Positions 37,415 through 46,158 of a stretch of 64,000 nucleotides of DNA are shown here, in pieces. A model generated the notes under the pieces. It worked only from the letters and a program-made list of their open reading frames with translations. It was not told the origin of the DNA and ran no database searches. This DNA is from Desulfurococcales archaeon. GTDB lineage: Archaea > Thermoproteota > Thermoprotei_A > Sulfolobales > Desulfurococcaceae. The stretch's first letter is position 1. Each line of letters opens with the position of its first letter. The position numbers were made by a program, and so were the translations under genes. The stretch spans positions 64,001 to 128,000 of the forward strand of contig JALVYU010000031.1 in the NCBI GenBank assembly GCA_027022365.1. The letters are read 5' to 3'.

Positions 37415-37867
37415 ATGCGGTACCGAGTATTATTCGATCTTCTTCTTTCGTGTTTCTCCCTCAGCTCAATAGCTGTCCTATTGTATCTTCTCGTATCATT
37501 TCCAGCGACCCTTGCCCGCCTATTTTTCTATCTTATCTTAATGTTTGTTCTCGCTCTGATCGCATATGATCTATTTATTGATGCTTTTAGAACAATGAGA
37601 AGATTGTATAGGGATAGTTATCTGGAATACTTTCTGGCCACGATACTAGTCGTACTTCCTTTACTAGTTATGCCTAGTGTTTACATGTACTTATGGGCCC
37701 CGAAGATTCTTTCAGGCTGGAAGCAGTTGGGGGATTTTTATCCAACAGATATTTATGCGTTGTACTTGATGGGCCTCAATGCGGCTGTGTACATTACGTA
37801 TTATTATCTTGATAAATTAGTATTGTCAAGAACTGGTGTTATTGCTAAGAGAATAAATGAACGGTAA
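37415..37867 (+). CDS. Hypothetical 4-TM membrane protein (AT-rich)
   Basis: Four hydrophobic segments; visibly lower GC than flanking genes. Confidence 0.6.
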   Translation: MRYRVLFDLLLSCFSLSSIAVLLYLLVSFPATLARLFFYLILMFVLALIAYDLFIDAFRTMRRLYRDSYLEYFLATILVVLPLLVMPSVYMYLWAPKILSGWKQLGDFYPTDIYALYLMGLNAAVYITYYYLDKLVLSRTGVIAKRINER

Positions 37868-37892
37868 ATGAACGGGTAGACGCCTTCCATAA

Positions 37893-39560
37893 TTAGCTTG
37901 TCTCGGGTGGTTTCTCCTCGGCACTCCTACCTATAGCTTCATCAATGATCTCCTTGGCCAGCCCTGTTGCAGCAGCTATTTCGCTGCTGGAGAGCTCCTT
38001 GTATTTCTCCCTATTGATATAGATAAGGAATATTGCTTCGGGGATTATTCCGTGTTCTTTAGCAAACTTGTCGAGCGGTATCTCATAGCGGTCCACTATT
38101 TTTCCCGCCACGGTCTTCGCTACTAGGATGTAGCTGAATAGATCTTCGGCGGCCGAGGGAAACACGTCTATAGATATTATGGTAACCTTTATGTCTTCAA
38201 CACGGAAACCTTTCTCACCGAGGAGAGCCGAGAGCTCCGTGCTTATCTGCTTGTTTATCGCTGCTTGTATGACTTCCTTGAAGCGCCTGGAGAATATGTG
38301 GCGTGCGTCATTCTTGTTTATAGTGTATTTCGCGAGAAGCTTCCATGCTGGTTTTCTTATGTAGAGAAGGTTTTTGAGGGCCTGGCGTCCAAGCTCCCTG
38401 TAGGTTTCACCACAGACAGCGCCTATGTCCCCTCTCGCCATGATGTTTTGTAGTAGCCCATATATGCTGTAATCTGTAAGGGCCATGTAGGCTTCTAGTT
38501 CGCCGTCAACAACCCTGTCGATTATCCCCGCGATGTAGTGTTTGAGGCATCCGAGCAGTATGCCTATGGTCTCGATGAAGGCAAGGTTGACATGGTGTAG
38601 ATAGACGTTCTTGTACATGAATTTCCTTGCATTCAGGAGCCTTACAAGGTCATCAACAGCCTTCGCCTCGATCCCGGGTATTAAGAGATTCTCGTAGGGG
38701 ATTAGGTAGGTGTTGAGTATGAGCCAATCAATATTGATCTCGCCGATAGGAAGTCCCGTGTAGTAGCTGTCCCGCTTAAGATAATCGAGTATGTCGGCGG
38801 GGTAGAAGAAGTCTCTGACGGCTAGTCTAACAACCATGTGAGGGGCGAGATCGGGGCTTGGCTGGAAATAGTCTTCACGGCCGAGGAGACCCTTCTTGCC
38901 GAGATCAGTGTATTTAGCCATGCTGTACGGAGGCTTCATAGCTACATCCAATAACTCTATGACAGTATCAGCGTCGATACCCTTGTTACTCTCCTTCACA
39001 ACGCGGTGGATAATACGGCGTAGATAATCCCTGTAGATCAGGTACCCCATGACCTCGTGATTCCCGAACCTATAGCCGAGGAACCCGGGGTTGCCGAGAA
39101 CGTACTTGTCGAAAGCATGGCTGAAGGGGCCGTGCCCCACATCATGGAGGAGCCCGGTGATACGTGCTGCAAGCATTAGTTCACGAGCGTGGCGGATCAT
39201 GTACTTGCCGGTATCGCCCAGATGAGCATCCAGTAGCTCGAGGCTCCTGAGGAGTTGATCCATGAACCTATAGGCGATATGCATCACGCCGAGACTGTGG
39301 TTGAAACGCGTATGGGTTGCCGATGGATAGACGAAATGCGCAGCCTGTAGCTGGAGAATATATCGTAATCTCTGCAAAGGCCAGGTATCAATAATCCTAT
39401 CCTCCAAACCCTTGACATACCTTATATAGTTGTAAACCACATCCCTTATCTGCGCATCAAAAGGCATTAACCAGAGCAGGCTAACCTCTCTACCACTACT
39501 TTCCTCTTGCTTTGTAGCCCTAACATGTCGCTGTGCTGTCACAGTATTACCACCGATCAA
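37893..39560 (-). CDS. HD-domain phosphohydrolase (dNTP triphosphohydrolase-like), paralog 2
   Basis: QRLRYILQL, HTRFNHSLG, LLHDVGHGPFSH, HE, DILDYLKRD, VYLH. Confidence 0.88.
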   Translation of the reverse strand: MIGGNTVTAQRHVRATKQEESSGREVSLLWLMPFDAQIRDVVYNYIRYVKGLEDRIIDTWPLQRLRYILQLQAAHFVYPSATHTRFNHSLGVMHIAYRFMDQLLRSLELLDAHLGDTGKYMIRHARELMLAARITGLLHDVGHGPFSHAFDKYVLGNPGFLGYRFGNHEVMGYLIYRDYLRRIIHRVVKESNKGIDADTVIELLDVAMKPPYSMAKYTDLGKKGLLGREDYFQPSPDLAPHMVVRLAVRDFFYPADILDYLKRDSYYTGLPIGEINIDWLILNTYLIPYENLLIPGIEAKAVDDLVRLLNARKFMYKNVYLHHVNLAFIETIGILLGCLKHYIAGIIDRVVDGELEAYMALTDYSIYGLLQNIMARGDIGAVCGETYRELGRQALKNLLYIRKPAWKLLAKYTINKNDARHIFSRRFKEVIQAAINKQISTELSALLGEKGFRVEDIKVTIISIDVFPSAAEDLFSYILVAKTVAGKIVDRYEIPLDKFAKEHGIIPEAIFLIYINREKYKELSSSEIAAATGLAKEIIDEAIGRSAEEKPPETS

Positions 39561-39807
39561 TTATTGGTTTGAGATCATTATAAAGTTTTCATAGATATAA
39601 CCACGAGTCTATATCTATAGGGCGTTAAGGCCTCATGGATAATTCTACCTATGGATTGCGGGACTTATTTTACATGATAAAATATTCAATATAGGGTGCA
39701 GGAATAACATTATTAGTCCGTATCGGTCTTCTGAGAGATAATTCTTTTAGGACTATATCGGCTATTTATTGCATACATAACACGTGATGTTTGCCTGGGT
39801 GTGGTTC

Positions 39808-41442
39808 ATGGCGAATAAGCACTGGATTGATGAACTTGCCGACATCCTCGAGGAAAAGCTAAGGAGCAGGAGTAAAGATGTCCTAGTATTTAATGGGGGT
39901 CTCAGTGTTTCGGGTCTACAGCATGTCGGCCGCCTACGCGGCGAGATCATTATCCCAGAGACTTTAAGGAGAATTCTATCGCGCAGGGGATTCAAGATTA
40001 AACAGTACTTGACGCTCTACACGCAGGATGCATGGAAGGGTAAGGAGAGCCAACGCAGGGCCTTCAGGGATCCTGGTGAGGCCGAGAAGTATACAGGATG
40101 GCCATTGATAAGGGTTCCTGATCCTAAGGGGTGCCATGCTAACTGGGTGGAGCATTTCTGGGAGGACTTCGGCCCCTATATCAAGGAATTCACGGATGGA
40201 AATATAGAGGTCGTAACTACGACTGACCTCTACGCCGGGAAGCTCAGGGAATTTACTAAGAAGACATTCGAACTGAGAGACAAGGTCAGAGAGATTATCA
40301 ACAAGTACAGGGGGAGGAAGAAGTATCCCGAGACATGGATACCGTTCGAGCCAATATGCGATGGATGTGGTAGGATCGATAGTACTGAGGCAACCAGGGT
40401 AATCAATAGCGAGAAAGTAGAGTATAGGTGTAAGAAATGCGGTCATAGCGGAGAGACCAGTATTGTTAACGGGAAATTAAACTGGAGAATAGAGTGGGTT
40501 GGTGTTTGGTGGGCTTTAGGCGTTGATTTCGAGCCATATGGAAAAGACCATGCAACCCCCGGGGGGAGCAGGGACAGCTGTGTTGACCTGGCCATTAATG
40601 CTTATGGAATAATTCCTCCCGAGGGAATACCCTATGAATGGGTAGCAATGAGGACCAGGGACAAGAGAATAGTGGACATGTCGAGCAGTGACTTCACAGG
40701 GTTCACGCCAAGGGAGTGGTACGATGTCGCGCATCCCCATATATATAGGTTCCTCGTCCTAAAGACGCCTCCCATGAAGAAGCTTGTTGTAAGCCTTTAT
40801 GAGATACCACAGTATTATAGCCAGTACTACCAGGCGGAGCGGATATACTATGGTGTCGAGGATCCTGGTGACGAGGAAAAAAGGGTATTGCTGTCAAGGA
40901 GCTATGAGCTAAGCTACCCCGATGGGGAACCACCGGAGAAAATGCCGGAGCAGGTGCCGTATACTCATTTAGCCGTGCTCGTCCAGCTGGTTCCCCGCGA
41001 GCTATGGGGTACGGAGGGGCTGAGGAGGCTCAGGAACAGCGGCCACCTGCCCGAAAAGCCCACCGAGTATGGTGTCAAAAGGATACTCGAGACCATGGAG
41101 AGGGCAAGCAGATGGGTTGAAAAATACGCTCCCGACTATCTGAAGATAAAACTTCTAGAAGAGCCCGACCCGAGGATAATCGGGGAGATACCATGGGAGC
41201 ACCGCGAGATACTGTATAGAATGGGTGAAATGCTCGAAGAACTTGAGGAGTGGAGTGAAGACTCGATAAAGAACGTTATGATCGAGGCTACCAAAGACCT
41301 TAGCCCGAAGGAGAGGCGCGCCCTATACCATAGCTTCTACAAGTTATTCCTAGGAAGGCCAAGCGGGCCACGCGCGGCTCCATTAATAGCGTTGATAGGT
41401 AGAGAGACGAGCGTGAAGTTCCTGAAAGCGGTTAAAAAATAG
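39808..41442 (+). CDS. lysS: Lysine--tRNA ligase, class I
   Basis: HWID, SVSGLQHVG, KLNWRIEW, EPYGKDH, MSSS, GPR. Confidence 0.96.
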   Translation: MANKHWIDELADILEEKLRSRSKDVLVFNGGLSVSGLQHVGRLRGEIIIPETLRRILSRRGFKIKQYLTLYTQDAWKGKESQRRAFRDPGEAEKYTGWPLIRVPDPKGCHANWVEHFWEDFGPYIKEFTDGNIEVVTTTDLYAGKLREFTKKTFELRDKVREIINKYRGRKKYPETWIPFEPICDGCGRIDSTEATRVINSEKVEYRCKKCGHSGETSIVNGKLNWRIEWVGVWWALGVDFEPYGKDHATPGGSRDSCVDLAINAYGIIPPEGIPYEWVAMRTRDKRIVDMSSSDFTGFTPREWYDVAHPHIYRFLVLKTPPMKKLVVSLYEIPQYYSQYYQAERIYYGVEDPGDEEKRVLLSRSYELSYPDGEPPEKMPEQVPYTHLAVLVQLVPRELWGTEGLRRLRNSGHLPEKPTEYGVKRILETMERASRWVEKYAPDYLKIKLLEEPDPRIIGEIPWEHREILYRMGEMLEELEEWSEDSIKNVMIEATKDLSPKERRALYHSFYKLFLGRPSGPRAAPLIALIGRETSVKFLKAVKK

Positions 41443-41478
41443 CTTGTTTTTGGAGTATTCAACACTCATTCATTGTGC

Positions 41479-44400
41479 TCATTTCTTCTTGACAAGACCC
41501 AGAACTATCACTGCCGCTAGGACTATAGCTGACAAAGCTATTCCCGCTTCACTATAGAGAGTCGTCGTTGATAGTTTATCCTCTAGGCTTGTGATGTTCT
41601 GGCTTAGCGAGGCAATACCGTTCATTACGGCTTGTTTAGCGCTCCCTATGTCGCTCATTATCCTGCCTGTATTGGACTTTATCGTCTCCACTGTTGGTAC
41701 GAGTTTGTCGAGTGTTGTGTTCACCTGTCTTAGCCCCGACTTGAGGTCTGCGAGAACTGATTCGATGCTGGAAAGCCTTGACCTGACCTCCTTGATCTCT
41801 TCGCCATTAGTCTTTATCGCGTCTAAGACGCTGGTCTTTAACATGGTCGATAGGCTCGTGAAGTTTTCGCCTACACTATATGCAAGGCTATGTAGCTCGC
41901 CATAGACGTTCTGGAACCCATTGTATAGCGATGTAACTGCAACTACGGAGAAGCTCGTGTAACCTCTCAGAAATAAGAAGCTGTTGTTTCTCGTAGCCTC
42001 CACGTATATCGTGTAGCGCCCCGGATTTGTAGCGTTAAATGATATGATATAGGCTCCATTGCCTAGGCTCTTTATCCCCGGTTTTATTGTCCCCGTAGGC
42101 CCTGTCACATTGATTTTTAACATAGCTTCAACCGGCTCGCCCTTGTAGTAGGTGCGGAGAAATATGCTGACCTTTCTCCCGGTCTCCACGACTGGCGGCG
42201 CATTACTTGTTATCGTGAGACTGTTTCTACCGATAATGCTTATCCGGGCCTTCATGAATGGCTCTACCGCCGTTAATACATCGGGCGAAACATAGCTTGT
42301 TGGGAGCACGGTAACATTATATGCTCCCGGAGCCAAGTAGGGTAGCGCCAGCCTCCATGATGTTGAGCCGTAGGTTAGCTGCAGGTTCTGAACCAGTAGT
42401 CTGCCGGCAACATAGATGTTCACAGTCCTTGCCCCCACAAGATCCATGCCGTACGCCTTAATGATTATCGGTTCTCCGGGGCCCGTGGCAGACGGCTGTA
42501 CAAGTACCCCGATGGCGCCGAGAAATACCCTTACTTCACCCCAGCCGTACAGGCTGAACTTAACGAGTACTAGGCCGTTAACCCGGTCGTTGAACCTCAT
42601 CGTGTAGTTGTATTCTCCTGTGGCTGGCAGAGCTATGTTTGTCTTATTAACGACGTACAGTCCATATAGGAAGCCGTAGCTATTGACAAGCTTGACATTG
42701 GTGACCGTGGCAGTGTTCTGGCCCCCGACTACATATATCCAGGCCTTCTGGGATACACCATAAAGTGGGAGGTATCCCCGCGCAAAATATGATGTTATCT
42801 CGGCGGGTAGTTTGGAGACATAGTTTCCGAGCCTAGCGACACTGATTCCAGTTTTCTCGGCCGGGCTACTCCAGACGGGTAGTATGAGGTTGGAGTCTCC
42901 GAGCAGTGTTAGCTTGAATACTTCGCCGAGAACATAGGGGTCGGTGCCTGGAACGCTTGCAAGATAATCGGTTATTCCCTGCGCCACTACGTAGCCGAGG
43001 CTCGTCTCGTTCGTTCTGCCCATTAGCGAGCTGTATGCCGCCAGTATGTTATAGTGGAGATAAGTTGCCCCGTAATAGAAGGTGTACTCAATACCGTCCA
43101 TTAGATAGAACATTACGCCTAGCTCCGCGGCCACTCTTGCACTACCAATATACGCTATTCCTCCGGCAGGCGACATTAGTGTCGCTTCTCCAAAGCTCGG
43201 TGGGCGGAAGTATGGCGAGGGTATGTTGTCGTCCCACGCAGCGTTCATACAGGCAACGCTCGATACTATCGGTACGCTCGGATTGTTTTTCATAGCCATT
43301 AGATCCGATACTGACGCTAGTATTTCGAACGCCATAACAGTCTGGCCGTTTTCCTGGAGCAATAACCTATCAGCCAAAGCATTGCCTGAGCCATGGCATA
43401 ATGCGAAATACCATAGTGCGCCGCTGTCGCCGCTCAGTATCTTTAATACGGCGTTTCTATCATAGTTCATACTCGTCCTTGTAAGCATATGTACTCTGAA
43501 CATTGATAGTTGTCCCTTCATGTTCATCATCGATAGTGCTGACTCGCCGAACATTAGGGTTAGGCCGAACGGGTAGCCACCGGTCATGTATAGGTCTCTG
43601 CTACTGCTTGCCTCCGAGCCGTACCAGGCTATGATCTTGTTTATTACGTACTCTACGATTGACGGGTTGCTGAAAGGTATTCTCCCGACATATATGTTGG
43701 GGGCTAGGTCAAGGTCTGGGCTGGCGTAGAAGAAGTCTGTTGGAACCCAATCATTGTAGGAATCGTAGATCTTGTAGTGGTAGTAGAAGCTTGGAGGTAT
43801 GTCGCTGGCATTCCCTATGATCAAGAGGTTACTGTATTCTCCGAGAGTCTTGTTGAGATAATCTATTATTTTGAGGGCTAGCGTCCAGTTATAGGTCTTC
43901 GCAATAATCCCGTAGTAGGTGTCATTGAATAACGGGTTGTAGAATCCGGGGTACTGGGTGATATTGTTTATAGGCTTATAGTTCTTCCATATATAGCTCG
44001 TAGTGACAATAGTGACATTATAGCCTTTATTCTTGTAGAAGTCGGCAAGCCTCGTAACGTTTCCCACTAGCTTATCTGTTGTGAGAATAAGGAGTGATTT
44101 ATCAGCATATGTTACGGGGATGGGGCTCGGGTAATCAATATACACCGACGCCTTGTCAATGTAGAATAGCGTATTGGTTACGGGATCATATTGTGCCGGA
44201 TAGTATCTTACGATAATTATTGTTTTTCCATGCATGCCATGCCATACATTGACGTCTAAGAGTTTTCCGGGATAGTATTTATCTGTCGAATATATTTCTT
44301 TGTCCACAATATAACGCAGTGTCTGGTTGCCTAGCCCATATAGGAGAGGCTGAGGTGCTGGGACCACGGGGTCAACGAGATATTTTACACCTACTTGTTT

Positions 44401-44754
44401 GATGTAGACATATGCGTGAACCTTATCGGCGGGAACGTAGCCGTTAACCTCGATCTTATAGGTGTACACGGGCAGCATTGGGTGTCCAGGCGTCACTATG
44501 TATGAGCGTGCGCCATCGGCTACGATGAATGTATAGTTTCTCAGCACAGCCGTGAAACTGTATTTATAGTCGGCGGTAAAGCCTAAGGGCGTGTTTAACG
44601 GGTGATCAACATATGGTCCAATGATTCCATGTCGGCTCAGCACATGGTATGGTTGTGGAGGAGCATATCCTACCGCCTGTAGAGGTGCTACGATCATTGT
44701 TATAACTAGAAGTGATATGAGTAGATATTTGGACAATGCATTCATTTGTTTCAC
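41479..44754 (-). CDS. Surface-anchored C25 (gingipain-like) cysteine peptidase
   Basis: Signal peptide; propeptide-like PGHPMLPV; LLIIG, TDFFYA, VGRIP, catalytic-like HG (LCHGSG) and SVAC; SFGE, LLGD; coiled-coil stalk and C-terminal TM helix. Confidence 0.85.
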   Translation of the reverse strand: MKQMNALSKYLLISLLVITMIVAPLQAVGYAPPQPYHVLSRHGIIGPYVDHPLNTPLGFTADYKYSFTAVLRNYTFIVADGARSYIVTPGHPMLPVYTYKIEVNGYVPADKVHAYVYIKQVGVKYLVDPVVPAPQPLLYGLGNQTLRYIVDKEIYSTDKYYPGKLLDVNVWHGMHGKTIIIVRYYPAQYDPVTNTLFYIDKASVYIDYPSPIPVTYADKSLLILTTDKLVGNVTRLADFYKNKGYNVTIVTTSYIWKNYKPINNITQYPGFYNPLFNDTYYGIIAKTYNWTLALKIIDYLNKTLGEYSNLLIIGNASDIPPSFYYHYKIYDSYNDWVPTDFFYASPDLDLAPNIYVGRIPFSNPSIVEYVINKIIAWYGSEASSSRDLYMTGGYPFGLTLMFGESALSMMNMKGQLSMFRVHMLTRTSMNYDRNAVLKILSGDSGALWYFALCHGSGNALADRLLLQENGQTVMAFEILASVSDLMAMKNNPSVPIVSSVACMNAAWDDNIPSPYFRPPSFGEATLMSPAGGIAYIGSARVAAELGVMFYLMDGIEYTFYYGATYLHYNILAAYSSLMGRTNETSLGYVVAQGITDYLASVPGTDPYVLGEVFKLTLLGDSNLILPVWSSPAEKTGISVARLGNYVSKLPAEITSYFARGYLPLYGVSQKAWIYVVGGQNTATVTNVKLVNSYGFLYGLYVVNKTNIALPATGEYNYTMRFNDRVNGLVLVKFSLYGWGEVRVFLGAIGVLVQPSATGPGEPIIIKAYGMDLVGARTVNIYVAGRLLVQNLQLTYGSTSWRLALPYLAPGAYNVTVLPTSYVSPDVLTAVEPFMKARISIIGRNSLTITSNAPPVVETGRKVSIFLRTYYKGEPVEAMLKINVTGPTGTIKPGIKSLGNGAYIISFNATNPGRYTIYVEATRNNSFLFLRGYTSFSVVAVTSLYNGFQNVYGELHSLAYSVGENFTSLSTMLKTSVLDAIKTNGEEIKEVRSRLSSIESVLADLKSGLRQVNTTLDKLVPTVETIKSNTGRIMSDIGSAKQAVMNGIASLSQNITSLEDKLSTTTLYSEAGIALSAIVLAAVIVLGLVKKK

Positions 44755-44887
44755 TCTGCCTCAATTGTTTGGAAATATTAATGAATTCGTAGACATTTAA
44801 ATTTTCCCATAAAATCAGCGCATCAACAATCACGTATTACATTGATATAATACTACAACTATACAGTCTATAGGAGGGACAGGTAAA

Positions 44888-46051
44888 ATGCTCGAGAAAT
44901 TCACCGTTTATAACGGCGGGGTCAAATTATACTTCGGCCCAGAAGTCATAGGGAACCTCAAGAAGCATCTGAGAAACCACAAAAAGCTCCTCATAGTCTC
45001 GGGGAAAAGATCAGCCGATATATCGGGGGCTTTCCCCGAGCTCAAAAAGATCCTTGATGAACAGGGAATAGAGTATGTTAGATATACAGATGTGAAGCCT
45101 AATCCTACCGATAATATCGTAGAGACTATTAGGCGGGTCTACCTCGATGAGAACTGTGACGGCATAGTGGCCATAGGGGGCGGAAGCCCGATAGACTCTG
45201 CTAAAGCCGCCCGCGTGCTGATCGCTGGAGGCGGAAGTATAAAAGAGTATCTATACGGGCTAAGAAAACCACCGGCACAACAGCCTCCACTCTACGCCAT
45301 AAACCTCACACATGGAACGGGAACGGAGATCGATAGGTACTCCGTCGTCACAATAACTGAAACACGCGAGAAAATAGGTTTCGGGCCCGGATACCCTACA
45401 GCATCAATAGATGATCCTAGGTACCTAGTGACACTACCCACGAACCAGACAAGATACACCGCCCTGGACGCATTCGCGCACGCGGTCGAGTCCAGTACCT
45501 CGTCGCTAAGCAGCCCGTACTCCAGATTATTATCGAGGGAAGCGGTAGCCCTGATCGTCAAATACCTCCCAGTAGCAGTAGAGAAGCCCGATGATCTCGA
45601 GGCGAGGTACTGGCTACTATACGCTTCGATGCTCGCAGGCATAGCAATAGATCATGGCGTAACACAGCTTGGCCACGGACTAGAACACGTGTTATCAGGC
45701 CTGAAGCCGGAGCTACCCCACGGTGCAGGACTGGCGATACTGTACCGGGAGCTTATAAGGCATTTCTACCGCGAGAGACCATTGGAGATGAAATATGTTC
45801 TTGAACCACTCGAGCCAAGCCTAAAACCAGTCCCCGAAGATGCCGACAAGGCTCAGGAAGCATTCAATAAGTTCCTCGAGAAAATAGGGTTTACCGAGAC
45901 GCTATCAACCTACGGATTCACGAGAGAAGATGTCGATGAAATAATAAGGCTACTCTACGAGACAAACCTGCGTAAACGCTACGAGCCCCTAACTCCGTAT
46001 GGTCTGCCGGATAAGGACTACCTGAAGCAACTCATCATCAAACTCCTTTAG
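44888..46051 (+). CDS. Iron-containing alcohol dehydrogenase
   Basis: GGGSPIDSAK, THGTGTE, DAFAHAVE, GHGLEH, HGAGLA. Confidence 0.93.
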   Translation: MLEKFTVYNGGVKLYFGPEVIGNLKKHLRNHKKLLIVSGKRSADISGAFPELKKILDEQGIEYVRYTDVKPNPTDNIVETIRRVYLDENCDGIVAIGGGSPIDSAKAARVLIAGGGSIKEYLYGLRKPPAQQPPLYAINLTHGTGTEIDRYSVVTITETREKIGFGPGYPTASIDDPRYLVTLPTNQTRYTALDAFAHAVESSTSSLSSPYSRLLSREAVALIVKYLPVAVEKPDDLEARYWLLYASMLAGIAIDHGVTQLGHGLEHVLSGLKPELPHGAGLAILYRELIRHFYRERPLEMKYVLEPLEPSLKPVPEDADKAQEAFNKFLEKIGFTETLSTYGFTREDVDEIIRLLYETNLRKRYEPLTPYGLPDKDYLKQLIIKLL

Positions 46052-46158
46052 TCCTCCAGCCATTGAACGTGTTGGGGCCGGGCATAAAAGCAATTATTTA
46101 TTTTTCCGCATAATTCAAGACCAAAACAACGAGGGTATCGGGCGAGGGAGAAACTGTT

